Below the pieces are notes generated by a model that was given only the letters and a program-made list of their open reading frames with translations, made no database searches and was not told the origin of the DNA. A program made the translations under genes and the position numbers. Below, piece after piece: positions 48,820-57,874 of a stretch of 64,000 nucleotides of DNA. How positions within the stretch are numbered: position 1 is the stretch's first letter; every line of letters begins with the position of its first letter. The stretch comes from Bacteroidaceae bacterium (GTDB lineage Bacteria > Bacteroidota > Bacteroidia > Bacteroidales > Bacteroidaceae), in the NCBI GenBank assembly GCA_045640825.1, contig JAZUFR010000022.1:403-64402 (forward strand). Direction: 5' to 3'.

Positions 48820-50064
48820 TCAGGAATTCCTAGATACAATCTTGTACAACTTGTCGCCTCTGCGAACCTTCTGGGGAGTCTTGAACGATACACGTACGCC
48901 CTTGGGAACATTTTCTACAGTCTTAAGGTCCACACGGGGATCATCCAGCTCAAAAGTAATACAACCGGTGGCATTGCCGGTCACCATGAGCTTATCTCCT
49001 GCATCCACGCTGGCAGCCTCCATGAGGAACTCGCCCACACCAAGCTTGGAAAAGTAGTCGGTGCACTTGCCGGCATACACTTTTGTCTCTGTAGCCTGAG
49101 AACCATATTTCTCATTCCATTCGCCAAGTCTCTGGCCAAGGTAATAGCCGTCCCAGAACCCGCGGTTAAAGACAGTAGCAAGCCTTTTATCCCAATTATC
49201 CTTGTTTTCATCGGTAAATTGGCCATTCATGCAGGCATCTATAGCCTCGCCATAGCACTCTGCCACGGTACGTACATATTCGGGACCGCGGGCTCGGCCT
49301 TCTATCTTGAACACCCTTACTCCACTCTCAATCATACGGTCCATGAACCTGATTGTCTTTAGATCCTTGGGAGACATTATATACTGGTTCTCAACAGAGA
49401 GCTCAATATCGCTTTCCTTATCCTTTACGGTGTATCCGCGGCGGCAGACCTGCATGCATGCACCCCTGTTGGCACTTGCACCAAGCTCATTAAGGCTCAG
49501 ATAACACTTGCCGCTTATGGCCATGCACAGTGCACCGTGGCAGAACATCTCTATGCGTATCTGTCTGCCCGACGGTCCGCATATATTCTCCTCTACAATA
49601 TGTCTGTAAATCTCGGCCACCTGGTCCAGGTTGAGTTCACGGGCAAGCACTGCAACATCGGCAAACTGGGCATAGAACCTGAGAGCCTCAATATTGCTTA
49701 TGTTCAGCTGGGTAGAGAGATGTACCTCCATACCCACCTTACGGCAGTAAGTCATTACAGAAATGTCGCATGCTATTATGGCCGATATCCCCGCTTCCAG
49801 GGCCGCGTCCACAATCTCATGTATAAGGGGAATATCCTCACCATACATCACAGTGTTCAGGGTAAGATAGCTTTTTACTCCATGAGAATCACACTGGGAT
49901 GCTATCTCACGCAGGTCATCAAGAGTAAAATGACTGGCACTGCGGGAACGCATGTTGAGTTTTTCAACACCAAAGTATATGGATCCGGCATGCGCCTGAA
50001 AGGCAGCTGCCAGGCTCTCCCAAGAGCCCACAGGGGCCATTATTTCAAATTCTTCCCTTTTCAT
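48820..50064 (-). CDS. U32 family peptidase-like protein (RlhA/TrhP-type family)
   Basis: U32-like N-terminus …FEIMAPVGSWESLAAAFQAHAGSIYFG. The start is ambiguous: ATGs at 50088, 50064 and 50040. 50064 was chosen by N-terminal length typical of the family, and it overlaps the dusB end by 20 nt. Confidence 0.75.
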   Translation of the reverse strand: MKREEFEIMAPVGSWESLAAAFQAHAGSIYFGVEKLNMRSRSASHFTLDDLREIASQCDSHGVKSYLTLNTVMYGEDIPLIHEIVDAALEAGISAIIACDISVMTYCRKVGMEVHLSTQLNISNIEALRFYAQFADVAVLARELNLDQVAEIYRHIVEENICGPSGRQIRIEMFCHGALCMAISGKCYLSLNELGASANRGACMQVCRRGYTVKDKESDIELSVENQYIMSPKDLKTIRFMDRMIESGVRVFKIEGRARGPEYVRTVAECYGEAIDACMNGQFTDENKDNWDKRLATVFNRGFWDGYYLGQRLGEWNEKYGSQATETKVYAGKCTDYFSKLGVGEFLMEAASVDAGDKLMVTGNATGCITFELDDPRVDLKTVENVPKGVRVSFKTPQKVRRGDKLYKIVSRNS

Positions 50065-51052
50065 CGGTTGTTTTGAACCAGTTTTCATTTATTCTGTCCA
50101 TCACTTCAAAAAGATCCTTGGCAGTCTCGGCACGCAGCATCTCTATACGTGTATGCCTAAAATCCTCCAGTCCCTTGAACAGTGGACTTGCTGCAAGATG
50201 ACGGCGTATATGAACTATTCCGCGACGTTCATCCAGACGGGCCATGCTGTCCAGGGCCTCCTGCTTGAGAACATCAAGTTTCCACTGAAAACCCGGGTCC
50301 GGCCATTTCTCTCCGGTCTCAAGATAGTGTTTTACCTCCCTGAATATCCACGGTCTTCCAAAACTGCCCCTTCCTATCATTATGGCATCCACCCCATATC
50401 TGTCAAAACACTCCTTGGCACGCTCAGGTGTGGTTATGTCTCCGTTTCCAATAATCGGAATACGCATGCGGGGATTCTCCTTTATCTTGCCTATAAGGGT
50501 CCAGTCTGCCTGACCTGTATACATCTGGGCACGGGTACGTCCATGTACGGTAAGCGCCTGGATACCACAATCCTGCAACTGCTCGGCAAGTTCCACAATA
50601 ATCTTGCTGTCATCGTTCCATCCCAGGCGTGTCTTTACCGTAACCGGAATCTTTACGGCATCTACCACAGCACGTGTTATCTCCAGCATCTTGGGTATGT
50701 TCTGCAGCATACCTGCACCGCCACCCTTTCCGGCCACCTTCTTTACAGGACAGCCAAAATTAAGGTCCAGCACGTCGGGACCGGCTTTCTCCACCATCTT
50801 GGCTGCGCCAACCATGGCTTCTGTATCCTTACCGTAAATCTGTATGGCTACGGGACGTTCCTCATCACAGATGGCCAGTTTCTGCATGGTCCGGTTAACC
50901 TCGCGTATCAGCGCATCGCTCGATACAAACTCGGTATAGACCATATCGGCCCCAAACCGCTTGCATAAAAGACGGAAAGCCGGATCCGTGACATCCTCCA
51001 TGGGTGCCAGGAAAACCGGCCTTGTGCCAAAATCAATATCTCCTATCTTCAT
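50045..51052 (-). CDS. dusB: tRNA dihydrouridine synthase DusB
   Basis: MKIGDIDFGTRPVFLAPMEDVTDPAFR N-terminus (ATG 51052, sharing one nt with the upstream gene's stop). FMN TIM-barrel Dus family. Confidence 0.88.
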   Translation of the reverse strand: MKIGDIDFGTRPVFLAPMEDVTDPAFRLLCKRFGADMVYTEFVSSDALIREVNRTMQKLAICDEERPVAIQIYGKDTEAMVGAAKMVEKAGPDVLDLNFGCPVKKVAGKGGGAGMLQNIPKMLEITRAVVDAVKIPVTVKTRLGWNDDSKIIVELAEQLQDCGIQALTVHGRTRAQMYTGQADWTLIGKIKENPRMRIPIIGNGDITTPERAKECFDRYGVDAIMIGRGSFGRPWIFREVKHYLETGEKWPDPGFQWKLDVLKQEALDSMARLDERRGIVHIRRHLAASPLFKGLEDFRHTRIEMLRAETAKDLFEVMDRINENWFKTTDEKGRI

Positions 51053-52284
51053 TAAAAGCTGTACAGCACAGACAGAATAAGGTGATGGTTGGTTATCCAA
51101 TGGCTGTTTGCCACATTGCCGCGCGGCTGTACATCTCCGTATGCAACCGATGTAAGCTCATACTCACAGCCAATATTCATATTGCCTACAAGCCATGATA
51201 CACTTGGAGCCACACGATACATGGCATCCAGCTTACCACCGCCTATAGCATAGATCTTACCTGCATCAAACTGGCAGCCCTCCTTTCCACCAAGGTTTTT
51301 CATATAACCTCCAAACAGGCCTGCCTTTACAGACTTACCATAAGAGAAGTGGGTCCAGGTGGACATAGCATTGAGGTTCTGCCACTCGTAGTGGTCTCCT
51401 ACCCTGGCCTCACCAAATCCAGTGCATATTCCAATGTTAGACATGTTCTGTCCAACCAGGGCCTTTGCCTTCCATGAGAACGCGCCCTTGTCATACTTGG
51501 CCTGGACCATGCCCGAGAAAGCATCAATATTCTCTGTGGTCTTTCTACCGGCCGATGTAGCTATTCTTGGTGCAAGTCTCATCCACTCGCCTCCTATACC
51601 CAGGGTAAAACCTCCAAGAACCATGTCGGCGCCTACATAGAATTCCGGAATACCGCAGTTTTTCTGATACTCATTGCTGCGTCCGTTAGGTCCCATAGAT
51701 GCATTCATATACTGGAACAGGGCAGCCGCAGTAAGACGGTACTGCCTGTTGTCGCCCAGGAAATGGGTATATCTGAGCTGCGGAGAACGGTTCAGGGCAT
51801 TGAATGGAGCACCTATCGCTATGCTCTGGACCGATGGGAACAGCTCATTCATGGGATGCCAGGTCTGGCCCAGCAACAACGATGAATTATCCCAGTCCAA
51901 TGCCATGAAAGCATGACGGTAAAGAACAGGATTAGCTACGGCAGCAGATCCGTTAAAACCGGAAAACTCCAATTCAATCTGACCGCGGCTGGCAGCTCCC
52001 ATTACTTCGGGGCCCGTCAGTTTCATGCCCATGCGGGCCATGGTTCCAAACCAGGAATACTGAGTATGCTGGTTGGCATCCTCGCCGAATTCGGTTATTT
52101 TCTGATCAAGCGGATACAGATACAGGAACCCTCCGGCTGCTGTAGCGCTTTCTCTGGTATTGATATGGCTCTGGGCTGCTACAAATCCGTACCAGTCCAC
52201 AGAGACAGCTTTCTGTGCATGGGTACCGGTAGCACACAACAATCCGGCCACCGCCATACCTGCAATTTTAGCAATAGTTTTCAT
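51052..52284 (-). CDS. porin-like outer-membrane beta-barrel protein (uncharacterised)
   Basis: 410 aa. Signal peptide …ATGTHAQ, alternating strand pattern, C-terminal …LSVLYSF. Confidence 0.45.
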   Translation of the reverse strand: MKTIAKIAGMAVAGLLCATGTHAQKAVSVDWYGFVAAQSHINTRESATAAGGFLYLYPLDQKITEFGEDANQHTQYSWFGTMARMGMKLTGPEVMGAASRGQIELEFSGFNGSAAVANPVLYRHAFMALDWDNSSLLLGQTWHPMNELFPSVQSIAIGAPFNALNRSPQLRYTHFLGDNRQYRLTAAALFQYMNASMGPNGRSNEYQKNCGIPEFYVGADMVLGGFTLGIGGEWMRLAPRIATSAGRKTTENIDAFSGMVQAKYDKGAFSWKAKALVGQNMSNIGICTGFGEARVGDHYEWQNLNAMSTWTHFSYGKSVKAGLFGGYMKNLGGKEGCQFDAGKIYAIGGGKLDAMYRVAPSVSWLVGNMNIGCEYELTSVAYGDVQPRGNVANSHWITNHHLILSVLYSF

Positions 52285-52307
52285 TTGTATTACTGAATTA
52301 TGTTATC

Positions 52308-54707
52308 TCAAAATGTAAATGTGTAAGACTTACCCTTCTGGGTATTGAGTTTCTGTACATTGGAACCGAACACCACCTCAATGGAACCATCCACGGTAGC
52401 AGTAAAGGTAGCTGTTACAGGCTTGTTGTCCTTCCAGGTAAGCTCATCCATTATAAAGCCACCACGGCAGCGCAGACCCTTGACTGTACCGTCCTTCCAT
52501 ACATCAGGCAGTGCAGGCAGCAGGACAATCTTTCCGGTGTGGCTCTGTACGAGCATTTCGGCTATACCTGCGGTGCAGCCAAAGTTTCCGTCAATCTGGA
52601 ATGGTGGGTGCGCGTCAAACAGGTTGTTGTATGTACCGCCGCTGCCTCCAAAACCGCGTCCGCCCGCAGGCTTAAGCTGATCCTGGATTAGTTTGTATGC
52701 ATGGTTACCGTCCAGCAGTCGTGCCCACAGGCAAACCTTCCAGCCCATTGACCAGCCGGTAGACTCATCACCGCGTGCCTCAAGAGATGTGCGTACAGCC
52801 TGGAAGAGTTCTGGTGTACCATCGGCTGTAATCTGACGGCCCGGGAACATACCCCAAAGATGTGATACGTGACGGTGGTTATCCTTTGGATTGTCCCAAT
52901 CCTGGAACCACTCCTGGAGCTGTCCCCAGCTACCTATCTTCATAGGAGCCAGACGGCCCTTTATGGTCTTAAGGCTATCTACGAACAACCCAGTCTCGCC
53001 CATGAGTGCAGCAGCTTCTATAGTATTGCCAAACAAGTCTGTAAGCATCTGATTATCCATGGTCACACCAAACGATGTAGTAATATTGCGGTTGTCCGGA
53101 TCCATCTGAGGAGCATTCTCAGGCGAGTATGAAGGAGCAACCACCAGATACCTGTTTCCTGATACAGGTTCCTCTACAAGGAAATCAATAAAGAACTCAC
53201 ATGCGCTCTTCATTATTGGATATATCTCCTTGAGGTAGTCCTCATCCTGATTGAACAGATAGCTGTCCCAAATCTGCTGGCAGAGCCATGCAGCACCTGC
53301 AGGCCACATACCGTTGTATGCACCGTCAACCATACCGGTAGAACGCCATATATCTGTATTGTGGTGAATGGTCCAACCACGGCATCCGTACATCCGGGCC
53401 GATTCCTTACCATGCTCGGCACAATCCTTTACAAGACTCAGGAATGGCTGGAATGTCTGGGGAATGCCGCACACGTATGCTGGCCAGTAATTCATTTCAA
53501 GGTTGATGTTTGTGGTGTACTTGCCATCCCATGGAGCCTGACGGCTTTCGTTCCATATACCCTGGAGATTGGCGGCCTGACCACCAGGCTGTGAGCAGCT
53601 TATGAGCAGGTAACGTCCAAACTGGAAATACAGGGTTACCAGCTGTGGGTCAAACGTATTGCGGAATTCGGCCACGCGCCTGTCGGTAGGCAGGTCTGCA
53701 TGTTCATTGGTTCCCAGGTCAAGGGTAACGGTATTGAACTGCTCCTGATAACACTTTATGTGACGCTCAAGAACCTTCTTGTAATACTTGGCACCATGTT
53801 TTGTAGCGTCAAGATACCTGTTGGCTACCTCATTCTGGTCTCCGCTTACATCGGTATAATTTACAAAGTTGGTTCCTATGGAAATATAGATTGTAACGGC
53901 ATTGGCACCTGTTACGGTAATGCCGTTGTCTATCATACCCATAGAACCGCCCTCGGAATAAATGCGGGTTTTATCGGTAAAAAGGATCTTTCCCTCTACA
54001 CCTTCGTGGTCATCGCCCTTGCAGGAAACGCTCAGGGTTCCATTACCCTCGTATTTGATTTTTTTGCCAAAGAAGGTCTTTGTCTTGTCCTTATACTCAC
54101 AGCCTCTTTCCAGGATCCTGTCTTCCTTGTAAGGCAGGTCATAGGTTGCAGAGAATGAGATAGAGCCCTTCTTGGATGCGGTAAGGCGCATTACTATAAC
54201 CTGATCAGGCTGCGATACGAATGCCTGGCGGGTGTACTCCACACCATCTACCTTGAACTTGGTTGTGGTAACTGCGCGCTCCAGGTCAAGCTCACGGTAA
54301 TAGTCGGTGAAATGGGCCATTCCTTCAAAATCAAGGACCAGGGAACCGGCAGTCTGATACGGCATTCCGTGAGGTCCCGGAGTATTGATATACTCATCGG
54401 CCAGGGACTGTGCGTCCTTTCTCCTGTTCTCAAACAGAGCCTGACGGATCTCTGCAAGTCCGTCCTTTGCCTTATTGTTTACGTTGTTGTGAGGGCCACC
54501 ACCCCAAATGGTTTCTTCATTGATCTGGATGCGTTCCTTCTCAGGAGTTCCAAAAACCATGGCGCCCAGTCGGCCGTTACCCAGCGGAAGGGCATCGGTC
54601 CATTGTTTTGAGGGAGCATCGTACCAAAGCTTGAGTCCCTTTCCATTTTGGGCAAAACAGGCAGTCTGGGTCATAGCCAGGAAAGCCAGAATAATCAGCT
54701 TCTTCAT
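52308..54707 (-). CDS. glycoside hydrolase family 95 (alpha-L-fucosidase / alpha-L-galactosidase type)
   Basis: 799 aa with a signal peptide. GH95 N-terminal signature LKLWYDAPSKQWTDALPLGNGRLGAMVFG…INEETIW. Confidence 0.8.
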   Translation of the reverse strand: MKKLIILAFLAMTQTACFAQNGKGLKLWYDAPSKQWTDALPLGNGRLGAMVFGTPEKERIQINEETIWGGGPHNNVNNKAKDGLAEIRQALFENRRKDAQSLADEYINTPGPHGMPYQTAGSLVLDFEGMAHFTDYYRELDLERAVTTTKFKVDGVEYTRQAFVSQPDQVIVMRLTASKKGSISFSATYDLPYKEDRILERGCEYKDKTKTFFGKKIKYEGNGTLSVSCKGDDHEGVEGKILFTDKTRIYSEGGSMGMIDNGITVTGANAVTIYISIGTNFVNYTDVSGDQNEVANRYLDATKHGAKYYKKVLERHIKCYQEQFNTVTLDLGTNEHADLPTDRRVAEFRNTFDPQLVTLYFQFGRYLLISCSQPGGQAANLQGIWNESRQAPWDGKYTTNINLEMNYWPAYVCGIPQTFQPFLSLVKDCAEHGKESARMYGCRGWTIHHNTDIWRSTGMVDGAYNGMWPAGAAWLCQQIWDSYLFNQDEDYLKEIYPIMKSACEFFIDFLVEEPVSGNRYLVVAPSYSPENAPQMDPDNRNITTSFGVTMDNQMLTDLFGNTIEAAALMGETGLFVDSLKTIKGRLAPMKIGSWGQLQEWFQDWDNPKDNHRHVSHLWGMFPGRQITADGTPELFQAVRTSLEARGDESTGWSMGWKVCLWARLLDGNHAYKLIQDQLKPAGGRGFGGSGGTYNNLFDAHPPFQIDGNFGCTAGIAEMLVQSHTGKIVLLPALPDVWKDGTVKGLRCRGGFIMDELTWKDNKPVTATFTATVDGSIEVVFGSNVQKLNTQKGKSYTFTF

Positions 54708-54810
54708 ATTGCAATAAAGTTAGGATTTGCGAATGTAATCCTTTTACTTGGAATACAGGCCTTACATCAATAAAAAAGCGCGTACGCACTATATTTCCAT
54801 TTCTTTTATT

Positions 54811-54829
54811 TAACTTTGTAATAACTTTG
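54811..54829 (+). promoter_or_regulatory. tandem duplicated -7 boxes TAACTTTG-TAA-TAACTTTG upstream of xylB
   Basis: Two exact TAnnTTTG matches (54811-54818 and 54822-54829), 70-80 nt upstream of the xylB ATG. Followed by the hairpin CCGGC…GCCGG in the leader. Confidence 0.45.
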
Positions 54830-54898
54830 CAAAAAGCGCCGGCAATGTAACGCCGGTTAACAGGAAAAATTTATTTACGTACACATACAAATTACAAC

Positions 54899-56374
54899 AT
54901 GTACTTATTAGGTTATGACATAGGCAGTTCTTCAGTGAAGTGCAGCCTCGTAGACGCTCAGAGCGGCAGTTGCGTGGCAACTGCATTCGCCCCAAAAAGT
55001 GAAGCACCCATCAAGGCCGTCAACCCAGGTTGGGCAGAACAGAACCCAGAGGACTGGTGGTCTTACCTCAAGGCAGCAACAGCCGATGTACTTTCACAGT
55101 GCAAGGTTGATGTCAAGGACATCCGCGCCATAGGAATATCATATCAGATGCATGGTCTGGTATGCGTAGACAAGGACCAGAAAGTGCTCCGTCCAGCTAT
55201 CATCTGGTGTGACTCACGCGCAGTAGGCATAGGTGAGGATGCATTCCAGCAGCTGGGCCGTTCACAGTGCCTTACACACCTGCTCAACACTCCAGGTAAC
55301 TTTACAGCATCCAAGCTGGCATGGGTTAAGCGTAACGAGCCAAAAATATTTGACAACATCTACAAGATCATGCTCCCGGGCGACTACGTAGCCATGCGCC
55401 TTACCGGCCAGATCTCAACCACAATATCAGGTCTGTCAGAGGGTATGTTCTGGGATTTCCAGACTGGCGATGTTGCAGGATTCCTGCTTGACTACTACGG
55501 AATACCACGCTCATTCATACCAGAAATTGTTCCCACATTTGCAGAGCAGGGACAGCTCACTGCTGCCGCAGCCAAGGAACTTGGACTTGCAGCCGGCACA
55601 CCTGTTACCTACCGTGCAGGCGACCAGCCAAACAATGCTCTCTCACTGAACGTATTTGAGCCGGGCGAGATTGCATCGACCGCCGGAACATCGGGAGTAG
55701 TTTACGGTGTAAACGGAGAAATCAGCTATGATCCCAAGTCAAGGGTAAATACATTTGCCCACGTAAACCACAAGACCAAGTTCAACCGTCTTGGCATACT
55801 TCTCTGCATTAACGGTACCGGTATCCTGAACGCATGGATGAAACGCAACATAGTACCCGAGGGCATTGGCTACGCCGAGATGAATGACCTGGCAGCCCAG
55901 GCTCCTATAGGTTCATGCGGCGTTTCTGTACTCCCATTCGGCAACGGTGCAGAACGTGTACTTGAGAACAAGGAACACGGATGCAGCTTTAACGGCGTGA
56001 ACTTTAACATCCACAACCGTTCTCACCTGCTCCGCGCTGCCCAGGAAGGTATAGTATTCTCCTTTAAGTATGGTATTGAGATAATGGAAGATATGGGAAT
56101 GCCGGTCAACAAGATCCACGCCGGAAACGCCAATATGTTCCTGAGCCCGCTCTTCCGCGATACACTTGCAGGTGTAACCGGAGCTACCATTGAGCTCTAC
56201 GATACAGACGGTTCCATAGGTGCCGCCAAGGGTGCAGGTATGGGTGCCCGCATTTACAATGACCACAACGAGGCATTCGCATCACTGCAGAAAATCCGCG
56301 TAATTGAGCCTAAGGCATCGGATATGCCTGCTTATGACGAGGCATACCGCCGTTGGAAGTCATATATTGGATAA
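54899..56374 (+). CDS. xylB: xylulokinase (FGGY family)
   Basis: 491 aa with FGGY N-terminus LGYDIGSSSVK. Xylulokinase-like throughout. Confidence 0.8.
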   Translation: MYLLGYDIGSSSVKCSLVDAQSGSCVATAFAPKSEAPIKAVNPGWAEQNPEDWWSYLKAATADVLSQCKVDVKDIRAIGISYQMHGLVCVDKDQKVLRPAIIWCDSRAVGIGEDAFQQLGRSQCLTHLLNTPGNFTASKLAWVKRNEPKIFDNIYKIMLPGDYVAMRLTGQISTTISGLSEGMFWDFQTGDVAGFLLDYYGIPRSFIPEIVPTFAEQGQLTAAAAKELGLAAGTPVTYRAGDQPNNALSLNVFEPGEIASTAGTSGVVYGVNGEISYDPKSRVNTFAHVNHKTKFNRLGILLCINGTGILNAWMKRNIVPEGIGYAEMNDLAAQAPIGSCGVSVLPFGNGAERVLENKEHGCSFNGVNFNIHNRSHLLRAAQEGIVFSFKYGIEIMEDMGMPVNKIHAGNANMFLSPLFRDTLAGVTGATIELYDTDGSIGAAKGAGMGARIYNDHNEAFASLQKIRVIEPKASDMPAYDEAYRRWKSYIG

Positions 56375-56391
56375 CACTAAATAATAATGAT

Positions 56392-57657
56392 ATGAGAAAG
56401 TTCAGACTAATCACAATGGTTCTTGCCGGCCTTATGGCTATGGGCAGCATGAACTGCGAAGCAAAAAAGCTCAAACCAGCCAAGAAGGCTTCTATTGAGA
56501 GCGGCAAGTACCGCAACTACCTTAAGGAACTCGGTTACTCTCAGAAAGAGATTGACAAGAAGATCCAGGATGTATATTACGAGGTATTTGAGAGCGAGCG
56601 TCGCGCTTATCAGGATGTAGGCGATGACATGGGCTACGTATCGGACGTAAAGAATATAGATGTACGCACAGAGGGCCAGTCATACGGCATGATGGTAGCT
56701 GTACAGATGGACAAGCAGGACAAGTTTGACCGCATCTGGCGCTGGACCAAGGAGTACATGATGGTTAAGCAGGGTCCACGTAAGGGCCTTATTGACTGGA
56801 GTATCAACCCAGACGGCAAGACCCGCCGTGCCGGTGGTTCTGCAAGTGACGGTGAGCTCTACTTCATTACAGACCTTCTGCTGGCTTCACGCCGTTGGGG
56901 TAATGACGGTGCCATCAACTACCTTGCCGAGGCTCAGGAACTCCTGAACGTACTCTTCTCAAAGGATGGTAGCGACGGTGTTACCAACATCATCAACATG
57001 GAGCACAAGCTCATCAACTTCTGCCCAGATACACGTTCAAATACCTGGACAGACCCTTCATACCATCTGCCTGCATTCTATGAGATCTGGGCCGAGACTG
57101 CTCAGGACGGACGCGCAGACTTTTACCGTGAGTGCGCTCAGCTGAGCCGTGAGTTCCTGCACAAGGCTTGCGACGAGAAGACCGGTCTTAATCCAGACCA
57201 GTGCCAGTTTGACGGAACACCAAACCGTGGTTCAGAGTTCCACTATGACTCATGGCGTACACCAATGAACATTGCAATGGACTTTAACTGGTACCGCAAG
57301 GATGCCCAGTGGCAGAAAGAATATGCAGACAAGTTCCAGAAAACAATGGCTGCATACGGCATCAAGGAATTCCCAGACCAGTTTGCTCTTGACGGAGGCA
57401 AGCCAGGTTACGTAATGAGCGCCGGCATGGGTCAGTACCGTGCAACAGCCCTGCGTCACTCAATAGGTCTGGTAGCTACCACAGCTACCCTGGGTCTGAT
57501 CACAGACAACGAGTACAGCCAGGCTATTGTACGTCACCTCATGGACGACATGGTTCTTGAGCCATACGAGGACGGTTACTATGACGTTTACTACGATGGT
57601 CTTGTAACCCTGTTCGCTCTGCTTCACCTGAGCGGCAACTACCGCATGAGCTGGTAA
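56392..57657 (+). CDS. glycoside hydrolase family 8 (xylanase / reducing-end exo-oligoxylanase type)
   Basis: Signal peptide MRKFRLITMVLAGLMAMGSMNCEA (ATG 56392) and GH8-like catalytic region including SASDGELY. Confidence 0.65.
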   Translation: MRKFRLITMVLAGLMAMGSMNCEAKKLKPAKKASIESGKYRNYLKELGYSQKEIDKKIQDVYYEVFESERRAYQDVGDDMGYVSDVKNIDVRTEGQSYGMMVAVQMDKQDKFDRIWRWTKEYMMVKQGPRKGLIDWSINPDGKTRRAGGSASDGELYFITDLLLASRRWGNDGAINYLAEAQELLNVLFSKDGSDGVTNIINMEHKLINFCPDTRSNTWTDPSYHLPAFYEIWAETAQDGRADFYRECAQLSREFLHKACDEKTGLNPDQCQFDGTPNRGSEFHYDSWRTPMNIAMDFNWYRKDAQWQKEYADKFQKTMAAYGIKEFPDQFALDGGKPGYVMSAGMGQYRATALRHSIGLVATTATLGLITDNEYSQAIVRHLMDDMVLEPYEDGYYDVYYDGLVTLFALLHLSGNYRMSW

Positions 57658-57680
57658 TCAGTCTTTAACCAAAGCTTTAA

Positions 57681-57716
57681 AGAGCGCTATCCCCAACAGG
57701 GTTAGCGCTCTTTTTT
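57681..57716 (+). terminator. intrinsic terminator after the xylB-GH8 unit
   Basis: Stem AGAGCGCTA / TAGCGCTCT followed by T6. Confidence 0.7.
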
Positions 57717-57874
57717 ATGTGCACTTAATTAAAATTCATTTAAAAATATGTTATAGTGACAAAAAAAATACATATCTTTACGCGCTATAATACCGGACGA
57801 ATACACATTTTGACAGTTCAAAATGCATAAAAACGTCCAGCCTATATTGCTAATTAATTAATAACCAAACTAAT

